The translations under genes and the position numbers were made by a program. The notes under the pieces are model-generated. The model made no database searches, was not told where the DNA came from, and saw only the letters and a program-made list of their open reading frames with translations. This document shows, piece by piece, positions 8,755-21,171 of a DNA stretch of 64,000 nucleotides. The DNA comes from a virus (Duplodnaviria; Caudoviricetes). Location of the stretch: positions 1 to 64,000 of IMG/VR virus record IMGVR_UViG_3300025018_000142, one strand, 5' to 3'. Within the stretch, counting starts at the first letter, position 1, and every line of letters starts with the position of its first letter.

Positions 8755-8786
8755 GCCAGTCACCTCTCCAAGACTGGCATTTTTAT
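8755..8786 (+). terminator. hairpin plus T-run
   Basis: GCCAGTC-10 nt-GACTGGC-ATTTTTATT. Confidence 0.55.
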
Positions 8787-8869
8787 TATCTATCTGGTAA
8801 AATAATTCAGTCAGGTCAGGTTAAGTTGTTAGACGGAGCTTCGTCTTAGTTAAGTTTATTTGTTTAGTT

Positions 8870-9226
8870 ATGCAGAAAGAAAAAACATTATTGACCACAG
8901 CTTTGTGGTACAACATTTCAGCGTATACCCACACAGAAATCAATGAAAATCTGTTGGGAAAAATTCTCACTATTTTAGACGCATCTATACAGGATGTAGT
9001 TCAGCGTAAGGCTCTCAAGGATATTGTTCGACAGGCGTTTTACCATCAGGAAAATGAGCTAGAGGATATTGTCCGTGCAGCACTTACCAGGGCCCATAAT
9101 TTACTAGAAAAGGATAGTAAAACTGGGTCTACGGAAGATTGGCACGCACACTTTAGCCCAGATGCACCACCTCAAGTCGGTGTAGATTGGATTGCCAAAG
9201 ATGAAGACATAGATATCACAGGGTAG
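8870..9226 (+). CDS. hypothetical protein, first gene of the rightward arm
   Basis: 118-aa helical ORF. Confidence 0.7.
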   Translation: MQKEKTLLTTALWYNISAYTHTEINENLLGKILTILDASIQDVVQRKALKDIVRQAFYHQENELEDIVRAALTRAHNLLEKDSKTGSTEDWHAHFSPDAPPQVGVDWIAKDEDIDITG

Positions 9227-9248
9227 AAAATCCTAACCTGACTAACCA

Positions 9249-9277
9249 TTTACAAGAAACTACAACTGCGGTAGAAT
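9249..9277 (+). promoter_or_regulatory. leaderless-type promoter for 9283
   Basis: TTTACA-17-TAGAAT-5 nt-ATG. Confidence 0.7.
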
Positions 9278-9282
9278 GTCTT

Positions 9283-9645
9283 ATGATGGAAAAACAATTT
9301 TTGAAGTTCCTTTATGTAAAGTCTCTCAATATCGGGAGTGTTACGGCGAGGCGAGGGGCCAAGGGGAATTTCCTCGTGGGTACGATACAGTTTAACGGGG
9401 CGTATTACAGCTGTGCGATATTTCCTGATAGCAGAAAACCTGGGCAGATGAACATAACGGTAGAACTTCCGATGTACGATACCTATTCGTACAAGAGGGA
9501 CCAACAAGCGGCTAGGGAGACCGAGGAAACGCAGGGTGCAGAAATCGCGGGAAAGCAACTAGACGAAGAGACGGTAGAAACGGTGGACCCAGAGGGAATA
9601 AAAGATGCACCTGAGATGGAAGACGTTGAGGACTTATTTAAGTAG
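9283..9645 (+). CDS. small beta-rich protein with acidic tail (SSB-like or small terminase candidate)
   Basis: Beta-strand pattern followed by E/D-rich tail ending EDVEDLFK; directly upstream of TerL. Confidence 0.6.
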   Translation: MMEKQFLKFLYVKSLNIGSVTARRGAKGNFLVGTIQFNGAYYSCAIFPDSRKPGQMNITVELPMYDTYSYKRDQQAARETEETQGAEIAGKQLDEETVETVDPEGIKDAPEMEDVEDLFK

Positions 9646-9654
9646 GCGTACCCC

Positions 9655-11388
9655 TTGGAACTAGAATTAAAAAAACTCATTGAGCCGTACTATGCGACTT
9701 CTGAAGAACTTGCACCACTCAATGCTGAAGAGAAGCAGCTCAGGGCGATTATAGATAACAGTTTCATTGATTTTTTCAAGACAATCTTTGAGGATAGGGC
9801 AACTGATGCGTTTTCCGAGAGGGTGATTGCAGCGATTGATGACACGGTGTTCACGATGAACTCGGTACAGAAAGCGGCAAGGGCTTGGCCTAGAGGTTTC
9901 GGCAAGACAACCTTGTTTTCAATTGCCTTTATGATTTGGTTGATTGTGACTAGGAGAATCAGGTTCGGGGTGATTGTTGGTTCGTCCCAGACGTGGGCCA
10001 ATAGTCAGCTACTTGCTATTCAGGAGGAATTTCTGGGCAACAGGAAGCTCCGTAAGCTTTACGGGGACTTCAAGGAAGGAGACAAGTGGTCCCAAAACGA
10101 TTTTGTAGTGAAGGGGTTTAGGGGAACGTCAAAATGGAGCACCAAATGCTTAGCACTAGGTCGTGGTGGTTCTATCCGAGGTCAGTTATTCAAAATCCGT
10201 CCGCAGTTTGTTCTTTTGGATGATATTGAGAAGCTGGAGGAGTCGTATTCGGCACGCTTAATTGAAAAGACGCTCAACTGGGTAGCCAATACGGTTCTTA
10301 AAATGGGTAACATGGAAACTCGTTACCTGTGGCTGGGTACTGTGCTGGAAAGGGACTGTGCATTTGACCGGATACTGAAGGGAGAGCTCGGATTCTTTTC
10401 GGGCAGGTACTCAGCAGTTATCAAGTGGAGCAAAAATCAACACTTGTGGGAAGAGTGGGGTAAGCTTTTACAGCTAGACATCAGGCACAAGGATAAAAAG
10501 CTCAGTATATCGGAATCCTTTTACACAAAGAATAAAGAGAAGATGATGGAGGGTGTGGTGGTCTTGTGGGAGCAGCACCGTAACTACAAATACCTCATGT
10601 ATCAGTTCTACACGGAAGGAGCCACGTCTTTCTACAAGGAAATGCAGAATGACCCGAAGAGCACCCGTTCTGGCTTCTTCACTCCGCACTTCAGGAAGAT
10701 TTTGCCAGAAGAGGTAAAACAAATGGTTCGGTACTGCGTGGTGGACCCGTCTTTGGGAAAGGTTATGCCTTCGGCTATAGTCGATTTTGGGTTCAATATC
10801 AAAGGCGGAAGCGGTGTCTGCTCGGTATTCGATGCTTCAATTAAGCATCGAAACCCGGACGTACTGATTCTGGCGGTTATCGACCACCTCAGACGGCACG
10901 ACATTCATACTCTTATCATCGAAACAATACAATATCAGGACTTTCTGCGTATGGTTATTGACGAACGGCTCAAAGCGCTCAAGATGAAGGTGTTAGTACT
11001 TCCCTTCCACAGCTCTGAGCAGAAGGAATCGAGAATCGAGGCGCAACAACCGCTTATCAATACGGGCAGAGTCGAGTTTGACGAATCTTTGAAGGGAAAG
11101 CAGATGGGTATAGAGCTTTTCTCTTATCCTGCCAGTCAGTTTGTGGACGGGCTAGATGCTTTATCTATGGGGATTATTAAAGTCAAGGATAGTATCATGG
11201 GATTTGGCGATATGCAGGTGGTGAAAATACGAAATGACTTGCTTTATATTACAAACAACTATAAAATTGACAGTGAAGGCAGAACTCCTGTCATGAGGAA
11301 ACTTATGGAGCAGAAGAAGCGCTTGGAAAAAAATAAAATGCGTGAGGCTCTGAGCATCAAAGATGAACAAATTGAAAGGAATGAATGA
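9655..11388 (+). CDS. terL: terminase large subunit
   Basis: Walker A (WPRGFGKTT), Walker B (VLLDDIE), FYKEMQNDP, nuclease VVDPS, DGLDALS. Confidence 0.93.
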   Translation: MELELKKLIEPYYATSEELAPLNAEEKQLRAIIDNSFIDFFKTIFEDRATDAFSERVIAAIDDTVFTMNSVQKAARAWPRGFGKTTLFSIAFMIWLIVTRRIRFGVIVGSSQTWANSQLLAIQEEFLGNRKLRKLYGDFKEGDKWSQNDFVVKGFRGTSKWSTKCLALGRGGSIRGQLFKIRPQFVLLDDIEKLEESYSARLIEKTLNWVANTVLKMGNMETRYLWLGTVLERDCAFDRILKGELGFFSGRYSAVIKWSKNQHLWEEWGKLLQLDIRHKDKKLSISESFYTKNKEKMMEGVVVLWEQHRNYKYLMYQFYTEGATSFYKEMQNDPKSTRSGFFTPHFRKILPEEVKQMVRYCVVDPSLGKVMPSAIVDFGFNIKGGSGVCSVFDASIKHRNPDVLILAVIDHLRRHDIHTLIIETIQYQDFLRMVIDERLKALKMKVLVLPFHSSEQKESRIEAQQPLINTGRVEFDESLKGKQMGIELFSYPASQFVDGLDALSMGIIKVKDSIMGFGDMQVVKIRNDLLYITNNYKIDSEGRTPVMRKLMEQKKRLEKNKMREALSIKDEQIERNE

Positions 11389-13726
11389 CGAGGAAAAGTA
11401 CACGACCGCCCATGCGGATGTCAGAAAGTTCAAGGAATTTAGAGATAGCGAGACAGTCCTCTACGAAGAGGGGCTCGAGAAAATGTGGGACTTAACCCGT
11501 AAGCGGGCTATACAATACTCAAGGGTCCATACTGATGAGTTCGGGCGCGAGAGATTTAATACCAAGTCCCCGTATATAGCGTCTACAGTTGACGCGTTCA
11601 TGGCCGAGTATACTAAGCGCAACCTTTCTTATGTTTTCAGCGAGCGTGTTCCCGTTGCGAATACGGACAGACTCTTTTTAACCAATGCTGTATTTAACGC
11701 ACTGATGTTCAGTAGATATAAGCTCAAAGAGAAATTGTTTCCGGTCGTTAAAGACGCTGCCACAACGGGCATGGCCTATGTGAGCGTAGGTTACTCTTAC
11801 CGCGCCAGAGATGTAAGCCTGTTCAAAGACAACGCGTGGGAACTCTGGAAGAAAGGCGATAGGGATATTTTCAAGAAGAAAGAGATTGTCGATTACGATG
11901 GTGTAGAGATTACCCCACTCGCTCCAGAAGATGTTTACTTCTCGTGGGATGGAACTGACTTTGGTACAGGGAACGGGTATATCTCAAGAGCCGCGGTTAT
12001 CCGATACATGGACCTAGATGAACTGAAGGACCAGCTTAAAGGGAATCCGTTTAGCAAAAACCTAGAGTCAATGAAAGCGCAAGGTTCCATGATTAACGAT
12101 GGCAACATCTTCCAACCGATTAGAACAAACAAACACTTCGACAATATGGACGAAGTAATCGACTACTACGACCAACGCCAAGACTTATACTTGATATTGG
12201 CCGGCGGAAAAGTGGTGCTCGAAATGCCTATTCCAAACAGTATCAAGCGAATCCCGATTGTGGCTATCAAGCCTTTTCCTATTCAGTATTCACCGTGGTC
12301 GCTTGGCTATGGAGCGAAATTACTCTCTACCTCAGATTATTACGAGAAACTTTATGACGCAATTCTTGAAGGTGTTAGTTATTCTCTTATGGATATTTAC
12401 GCTACTTCTCCGCAATCTCACGAGCAATTAGTAGACGGGTATCTTAATGCAGATGGTGTTACCTTCATTCCACTTGAGGGTGGCTCCGACAGTGTCAAGC
12501 GGCTCGATAAGAGCAACTTACCTATTGCAGAAGTGTCGAAGGTACTGCAAGACATGGAGAAAGAAGCGGTCTTAAAGACAGGCGTGGACCAACGAGCGAT
12601 GGGATTTGCAACGAAGTCGGCAACGGCAACTGACGCAGCGCTCAACAAAGAAGCAACCACCGCCATGCTCGACTTACCGTTCATGCAGATTCAGCACGCA
12701 ATTAGCCAGATAGGGGAATTGTCATACTGTATTATTAAAGATTTTATGGCTATTCCAGAGCTGCTCGCTAAAAAGGTACAGGAAAAAGAAACGCTAGATA
12801 ATAGCAAGATAGTGCCTGTTGATGGAGTTGAAGTAATACAAAACGAGAGTGGCGAGTATATAGTGACAAAGAAAAGTGGCGTAAAGGCTAGTGTCGTATT
12901 GACAAAGGAATTATTCGATTTTGATATGGACCAAATAGAAGTGCACGCTGAGGGCGTACCTTCTATGTCAAAAGGAATGCAGATGAAAAAGTCTGAAGAG
13001 TTGTTTGCTTTGGCCGCTCCTTACGCCGGAGACACATCAGCACCTCCCGTGCAGGGACAGCCAGCACCTTATATCGAAATGAGAGACCTACTTAGGGCAA
13101 CCTTCAAGTCGCACGATTACGACATCGGCTTGATTGCGAACAAGGGCGGCACTATAGAAGAAGCAATTAAACGAGCGTATATCCAACAGGACTCGCTCAA
13201 GAAAGGAGAACCGGTAGAACCGATGCCGGGTGAACCGCCACAACACGTTGAAATTCACGAGAAGGCACTTGCTATTGGTAGGCAAAAACTAGAGCAACTG
13301 GCAGAAACCGCCGAGAACATGGAGGATTTATCAATCGTTACTGAATATCTTGATGCGCTACAGGAACACACGGCAGGAGATACCATGCAACCAGCAGAGT
13401 TCTTTGCCCAGAATAGTGGAGACGAACAAACGACTCCCGGACCTGACGGGACCACGCCACAAGATATGTTACCAGCAGGAGAGATAGGAGCCGAGGGAAT
13501 GCCGCCAGAGATGCAGGGCATGACGCCTCCAATGGACCAGGTAGCCACGGTGTCTACAATGGACCCAGGCGAGGCAATCCGTAAAATGATGGCAAATGGG
13601 AGACCAGACATGGCACAAAACCCGATGCAAGCCGGAGTCGGTATGCCAATGCAAGATAACGCAATCAGTGGTAATCAACGGCTACAGTCGGAAGATGCTG
13701 GGGGAATGTTACCCCCGAACATGTAA
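11363..13726 (+). CDS. portal protein, P22/podovirus-like with long acidic Pro/Met-rich C-tail (start may be 11381)
   Basis: Position after TerL, 787 aa, KTGVDQRAMG...TATDAAL stem motif. Confidence 0.85.
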   Translation: MNKLKGMNDEEKYTTAHADVRKFKEFRDSETVLYEEGLEKMWDLTRKRAIQYSRVHTDEFGRERFNTKSPYIASTVDAFMAEYTKRNLSYVFSERVPVANTDRLFLTNAVFNALMFSRYKLKEKLFPVVKDAATTGMAYVSVGYSYRARDVSLFKDNAWELWKKGDRDIFKKKEIVDYDGVEITPLAPEDVYFSWDGTDFGTGNGYISRAAVIRYMDLDELKDQLKGNPFSKNLESMKAQGSMINDGNIFQPIRTNKHFDNMDEVIDYYDQRQDLYLILAGGKVVLEMPIPNSIKRIPIVAIKPFPIQYSPWSLGYGAKLLSTSDYYEKLYDAILEGVSYSLMDIYATSPQSHEQLVDGYLNADGVTFIPLEGGSDSVKRLDKSNLPIAEVSKVLQDMEKEAVLKTGVDQRAMGFATKSATATDAALNKEATTAMLDLPFMQIQHAISQIGELSYCIIKDFMAIPELLAKKVQEKETLDNSKIVPVDGVEVIQNESGEYIVTKKSGVKASVVLTKELFDFDMDQIEVHAEGVPSMSKGMQMKKSEELFALAAPYAGDTSAPPVQGQPAPYIEMRDLLRATFKSHDYDIGLIANKGGTIEEAIKRAYIQQDSLKKGEPVEPMPGEPPQHVEIHEKALAIGRQKLEQLAETAENMEDLSIVTEYLDALQEHTAGDTMQPAEFFAQNSGDEQTTPGPDGTTPQDMLPAGEIGAEGMPPEMQGMTPPMDQVATVSTMDPGEAIRKMMANGRPDMAQNPMQAGVGMPMQDNAISGNQRLQSEDAGGMLPPNM

Positions 13727-13727
13727 C

Positions 13728-13756
13728 TTGACGAAACTAACAATCCTTGCTAAACT
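13728..13756 (+). promoter_or_regulatory. leaderless-type promoter for 13763
   Basis: TTGACG-17-TAAACT-6 nt-ATG. Confidence 0.7.
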
Positions 13757-13762
13757 CTGTCA

Positions 13763-14128
13763 ATGAGCGATTTAGAAAATACTGTCAATATCCTTAAAGA
13801 GATTAAGACTGTCGATAAAAAGACGGGCATGAGTTTTCGTGGGCTATATGGAATCGAACTGGCAAGTGATGCCGATTTAGAAGCGTTAGTGCGACTAGGG
13901 GAGTCTCCTGTATTCGAGGCACTGCGCAAGATATACTCGTATTCTGAGGCGAACTCCATGAGGAAAGCGTGGCAGATATTTTCCAAAAATAAAGAGGTGG
14001 GAGAAACATTTACCTCGGTCGATTGGCTTGAGGGTTTCGGTGTTGTGCTGGGAATACCCTACGCGGCTATGGTAGAGATAGCCAAAAGGAAAAAAGTTAA
14101 GGAGCAGTTAGTTAAGAAAAAGAAATAA
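13763..14128 (+). CDS. small head-module protein
   Basis: Between portal and scaffold; Lys-rich tail. Confidence 0.65.
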   Translation: MSDLENTVNILKEIKTVDKKTGMSFRGLYGIELASDADLEALVRLGESPVFEALRKIYSYSEANSMRKAWQIFSKNKEVGETFTSVDWLEGFGVVLGIPYAAMVEIAKRKKVKEQLVKKKK

Positions 14129-14144
14129 TTTTTATTAAATAGTC

Positions 14145-14963
14145 ATGGCAGAAGAAGTAATTGTACCCCCAGTAGTTGAACCAGTAGTGCCTCCAGTAGA
14201 AGCACCAGTTGAGGAGCCCGCTGCACCAGTTGATGAACCTGTTGCAACTCCCGTTGAGGAAGTTGAAGGTGCAGAAGGTGGAGAAGGTGGAGAAGAGCTA
14301 CCAAAGACAGATGAAAAGTCTTCTGCTGCTGAAGCATTACGCTTACTAGCAGAAAATAAAAAGATTCAACCTTTTGCCAATGTGGGTTATGCCGCGGCAA
14401 AGCTGGCCGAGAAGAATCCAGAGGTTAGAAAAGCAATCAACGACATAATGACGGCGGTTAGCGAGGGGAAAGATATTGATGAAGCTGTTGCAGCTTTGGG
14501 AACAAAGATGAAGGAAGCTGGGACTGAACCGGTAACTGCTCCAGTAACTGCCCCAGAGGCAGCAGTTGCACCGACAACCGAGAGAGAAATAAAATACGCA
14601 TTGACAAAATTATCAGAAAGCTACCCGCAAATTATCACTGGCGGACCGGATTCCGAGAAACTTGGTAAGAGGGCGTATGAACTGTATGAGTCCAAAGGTC
14701 TTCCCATGATGGAAGCATGGGAACAATCTGCGCGAGAAGTGTACGGGAATCCTGTTAGTATTGAGGCGAGTAAGTTCATGCAAAGCACTGTCGCTGGATT
14801 AGGCGGCTCTGGAACGGTAGGCAATCCTGGGCAGTCATCAGACAAGAAACAGTTGGCGGCACAGAACGTTAATAAGGCGCAGCCGAAGATTAGTGTCGAG
14901 GAGGCCAGAAAGCTGATTGACTCTGGTGCACTAGACAACTGGGAAGACTATCTCGAAGAGTAG
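14145..14963 (+). CDS. capsid scaffolding protein
   Basis: P/V/E-rich disordered N-terminus, helical core, upstream of capsid genes. Confidence 0.8.
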   Translation: MAEEVIVPPVVEPVVPPVEAPVEEPAAPVDEPVATPVEEVEGAEGGEGGEELPKTDEKSSAAEALRLLAENKKIQPFANVGYAAAKLAEKNPEVRKAINDIMTAVSEGKDIDEAVAALGTKMKEAGTEPVTAPVTAPEAAVAPTTEREIKYALTKLSESYPQIITGGPDSEKLGKRAYELYESKGLPMMEAWEQSAREVYGNPVSIEASKFMQSTVAGLGGSGTVGNPGQSSDKKQLAAQNVNKAQPKISVEEARKLIDSGALDNWEDYLEE

Positions 14964-14966
14964 TTC

Positions 14967-14996
14967 TTGACATTTCCTGAACAATTAGATTACAAT
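14967..14996 (+). promoter_or_regulatory. promoter of the capsid operon
   Basis: TTGACA-18-TACAAT. Confidence 0.65.
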
Positions 14997-15106
14997 TAGA
15001 TACTTATGTTTCCGTAAGCTTGGGTTTTTCCCTTGCGTGGTAGCATAATAAATCTCACTACACCTTGAATAAAGGTTTATTTTCAGTTAATTTAATTGTT
15101 TTATAC

Positions 15107-15580
15107 ATGGCAGGATTTTTACATGTACGAGGGAAACAGGAACTCAGAAAAGTTCTTATTACCAACAGTGCGGCTATTAAAGTAGGTGCACCAGTTAAAC
15201 TCACCGCAGCTCTTGCGGTTCCTTCAACGGCAGGGGCAGCAGACGCATTGGGAATGTGTGTTGGCGTTTGTAATATAGAAGGAAAACCGGTAGCAGATAT
15301 TGACTACGGTGATACATTCACCGCAGAAGCAGATAATCAAACTGTCGACCAAATCTACGCGATTGTAGACACGAGCAAAGAATCAGAATGGGAAGTTGCC
15401 CCAGATGCAGCATTGGGAACAACGACCACTTCGGCGTTGCCATTCCAATTCTTCGACATTACCTCAGCTATTAACGTAATAGACGAATCGAGTGTATCGG
15501 CAACGACCGGTACCTTCTTCTCGCTTGCGGTATTAGATAACGGTAATTTGATTGTTAAATTCAACGAGCTTTTGGCTTAG
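15107..15580 (+). CDS. capsid decoration/cement-like protein (ATG 15107 preferred over TTG 15065)
   Basis: AIKVGAPVKL...ALGMCVG pattern; directly before MCP. Confidence 0.7.
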   Translation: MAGFLHVRGKQELRKVLITNSAAIKVGAPVKLTAALAVPSTAGAADALGMCVGVCNIEGKPVADIDYGDTFTAEADNQTVDQIYAIVDTSKESEWEVAPDAALGTTTTSALPFQFFDITSAINVIDESSVSATTGTFFSLAVLDNGNLIVKFNELLA

Positions 15581-15613
15581 TTGATTAGAATTTAATTTTA
15601 TAGAAAAGATATT

Positions 15614-16582
15614 ATGGAAAATCTTGCATTGATGCAGAAATACCTCAGGGGTATTAACCCAGAGTTTGCAAAGGTGTTCGTGGAAGGCAAAGACAAATAT
15701 GAACCATTTGTAATGGGGAAAGAAGTCAAGCTCTTCAACTACGAGACAGAAGCTGACTACGTTTCAACGGAATCAGAATTTACACCTTACGGCTATTTGC
15801 CAAAGGTAGAAGTAGACGGTGCAAACCGTACTTTAGTAGACCGAGTCATGGGCTACGATACAAGTTGGACACAAGAAATGTACTCCAAGGGAGTTGAAGT
15901 TTCTTATATGGCAGCGAAGTTCGGTAAGTACAAAGAGCAATTAAATGCTTTTAAAGGACTTGTTACTGGAGCACAGAAAACAAAAGACAAGATTGCATTC
16001 GACCTTCTTGTTAATGCTGACACGACCCTATTGGCCGATGGTCAGACGCTATTAGACCCAGCACATCCATACCCAGCAGGGTCGGTGATGGCTGCTTCTA
16101 CATGGTCAAATGTCATTATGAACGGTGCAGTTCAGGCCGAATTAGGCCCAGAAGCATTGCGTCTTGCTAAAAAGGCCTTGATGTCTCACTTGCTCTCAGA
16201 CGGTACTTATGCAACTTCAGGTGTGAGTAATCTCGCATTGGTTGTTGGTCCAGAACTCGCAGAACTTGCACAAGTTTTCGCAGGAACTGACAAAGCACCT
16301 CTTAGTGCAAACAACGACATCAACACCTATAAGGGAATCATGAAAGTTGTAGTTTCTCCTTACCTCTCAACGGCTAATGGTGGAAATGACAATATGTGGT
16401 TCTTGGCAGACCTTGATGCGGTAGACCTTAGAATTAAAGTTTCAGAAGACATTACTAAGACAGAAGACATGGATACAAAAAATCTTACTAAGTCTTATTA
16501 TGTTCATGAGATTTTAGCTGCAAAGGCTGCTTCGGCTCGTGGAATTGCTGGTGCTATGGTGCCAGGTTCTGCATGGAGCTAA
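15614..16582 (+). CDS. major capsid protein (HK97 fold)
   Basis: 322 aa; LLADGQTLLDPAHP, LVVGPEL, VVVSPYL...WFLAD motifs. Confidence 0.85.
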   Translation: MENLALMQKYLRGINPEFAKVFVEGKDKYEPFVMGKEVKLFNYETEADYVSTESEFTPYGYLPKVEVDGANRTLVDRVMGYDTSWTQEMYSKGVEVSYMAAKFGKYKEQLNAFKGLVTGAQKTKDKIAFDLLVNADTTLLADGQTLLDPAHPYPAGSVMAASTWSNVIMNGAVQAELGPEALRLAKKALMSHLLSDGTYATSGVSNLALVVGPELAELAQVFAGTDKAPLSANNDINTYKGIMKVVVSPYLSTANGGNDNMWFLADLDAVDLRIKVSEDITKTEDMDTKNLTKSYYVHEILAAKAASARGIAGAMVPGSAWS

Positions 16583-16591
16583 GGGAGTTTG

Positions 16592-16621
16592 CTACGGGGG
16601 GGAGGTAACTTCTCTCCGTAG
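16592..16621 (+). terminator. hairpin after MCP
   Basis: CTACGGGGGGGAG-GTAA-CTTCTCTCCGTAG. Confidence 0.7.
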
Positions 16622-16645
16622 TTATCTTATTTAATTGGAACTAAT

Positions 16646-17485
16646 ATGGACGAAAAAATGGGAACAAGACTCCACATTAACGATAGAGTAAAAACCCAGA
16701 CTGGAGCCGGTAACGGTGAAACTCTGGAAACCTACGACAACGGTCGTGGCTTTGGTGTTGTACTTTATGACTGTGGTGGAGCATCTCGAACTGGCGTTAT
16801 TTTGGAAGCAGGAAGGGTTGATGGACAGCGTGTATTTGTGACTAATATCTCAGATGCTGCTGAAACGATTACTTTTGCTACCGCTGCGACATCTAATGTT
16901 GCAAACGGTACTGCTATGATAGTTGCTCGTTATGAGTCAGTGCCTTTTATTTGGAGTGAGACTCTTGGTAAATGGCAAGCTGCATTGGGCGGTGGTACAA
17001 CCCTCGCTGACAACACAGTTACAACTGCAACGATAGTTGACGAGAATGTTACATCTGCGAAAATTGACCCAACTGTTATTCAAGCGGTTACTGTTGATAT
17101 AACGGCAACAGAAATTGTTGGTACAGCGGCTGGTGACATTGGTCACTCAGCGGGTGCGGTACTAGTTGCAGCACCGGGAGCAGGATATATCCACGAATTT
17201 ATTTCAGCTACTCTTTCTTATACTTTCGCAACAGCGGCGTATACAGGAGGAAATAACGACCTTGTTATAAGACAGGGTACAACTGCGGTTTCGGCTGCAA
17301 TTGCTGATGCAGATTTGATTGGTGATTCGGCTTCTGACATTGCTTATGTTGGTTCGTTAGCAGCGGCTGATATTAAACTCACCGCAAACAGTACGTTAAA
17401 CCTAGCAGGGACAGCGTACACACAACCGGGTACAGCAGCAGGAACCTTAAAGGTTCATGTTCTTTATAGAACAGTTGCAGCCTAG
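16646..17485 (+). CDS. putative head decoration/fibre protein
   Basis: A/T/G-rich beta protein after MCP. Confidence 0.65.
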   Translation: MDEKMGTRLHINDRVKTQTGAGNGETLETYDNGRGFGVVLYDCGGASRTGVILEAGRVDGQRVFVTNISDAAETITFATAATSNVANGTAMIVARYESVPFIWSETLGKWQAALGGGTTLADNTVTTATIVDENVTSAKIDPTVIQAVTVDITATEIVGTAAGDIGHSAGAVLVAAPGAGYIHEFISATLSYTFATAAYTGGNNDLVIRQGTTAVSAAIADADLIGDSASDIAYVGSLAAADIKLTANSTLNLAGTAYTQPGTAAGTLKVHVLYRTVAA

Positions 17486-17503
17486 CAGTAACTAGAAAGT
17501 AGC

Positions 17504-17540
17504 TACACAGAGAGGGGAGATAAGGCTCCCTTCTTGTGTG
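17504..17540 (+). terminator. hairpin
   Basis: TACACAGAGAGGGGAG-ATAAGG-CTCCCTTCTTGTGTG. Confidence 0.7.
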
Positions 17541-17593
17541 GGTATTAACCACTTAATTTATTAAGGAAGCGAGTAATCCTCAAGCTCGGCGAT

Positions 17594-17941
17594 ATGGGAG
17601 TGAATTATAATAGTCGCGGAAGAGTTGCCCCAGAGGTTGTCGAATACAAGTCACTGGGAACTGATGCGGCAATATCTGTTGCAATAGCACCGGTACACAA
17701 ATTTAGAATACTGAACATTACGGCACATGGTGCATCTGCTGTTACAGAGCCTTTAACTTTGACGCTAAATGCCTCTCAGGGAGCCGCTTACGATACGGTT
17801 CTATATTCCGATGCCACATGGACAAACCTGTTTAAGAAAGGCGAACCGTCAGAGGTCTTTGAGGCCGGGGACTCCTTAACTCTTGGTTGTACGAACTCGG
17901 CTATTGTCAAAGGTGTAGTCGTAAGAATAGAACTCCTCTAA
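17594..17941 (+). CDS. small virion protein
   Basis: Beta-rich ORF in structural cluster. Confidence 0.6.
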   Translation: MGVNYNSRGRVAPEVVEYKSLGTDAAISVAIAPVHKFRILNITAHGASAVTEPLTLTLNASQGAAYDTVLYSDATWTNLFKKGEPSEVFEAGDSLTLGCTNSAIVKGVVVRIELL

Positions 17942-17975
17942 GTGGGGAATAACCTAAGTTTGACTACAATAGAAT

Positions 17976-20558
<2,583 letters not shown>

Positions 20559-20559
20559 T

Positions 20560-21156
20560 ATGACCTCATGGAACTCTTGTGATGCAAATACTGGCTGGGC
20601 CTATTCCGAGGGTGGAACTGTTGGTATAGACTCAACCACTAAGTATCAGGGCACAGGCTCGATAAAACTCAAAAAAACGGCTACTGTCCTGGCATATAGC
20701 GGTACATCCAAGACTGATATGACCTCTATTAGCATTAGCACGACTGTGGGATGTATAACGGTAAAGTTGTATATCGTAGACCAGGCGACTAAAGATAAGC
20801 TTGGCTCGGAGTTTCTTTATATAGGAAGCAGTGCCGATAATAGCAATAGTGGATACTGGGTTTGGAGTCCAGCCTCTATACCGGTAGCGACTTGGACGAC
20901 ATTGGTCTTCCCATGGGCAAACCGCACAGGCAACTTCGGTACTCCGAACGCGGCGGCTCTAATCTTCTTTTCGCTCTATGTTGGAGTAACTACGGCGGCG
21001 ACAACATATACAGAAGGAAGTATCCTTATGGACGATATACAGTATGGTACTCCCACAACATTGAAGATTGGCGGGACCAGCTTATATCAAATCGCAAAGG
21101 CGGGTGGAAAGGTAAACACGAGCCTGGGAAAGGTTGGCTCCGTGACAGTATTTTAA
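20560..21156 (+). CDS. putative carbohydrate-binding virion protein
   Basis: S/T/G/W-rich beta-sandwich pattern. Confidence 0.6.
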   Translation: MTSWNSCDANTGWAYSEGGTVGIDSTTKYQGTGSIKLKKTATVLAYSGTSKTDMTSISISTTVGCITVKLYIVDQATKDKLGSEFLYIGSSADNSNSGYWVWSPASIPVATWTTLVFPWANRTGNFGTPNAAALIFFSLYVGVTTAATTYTEGSILMDDIQYGTPTTLKIGGTSLYQIAKAGGKVNTSLGKVGSVTVF

Positions 21157-21171
21157 TTATATGAACTTACC

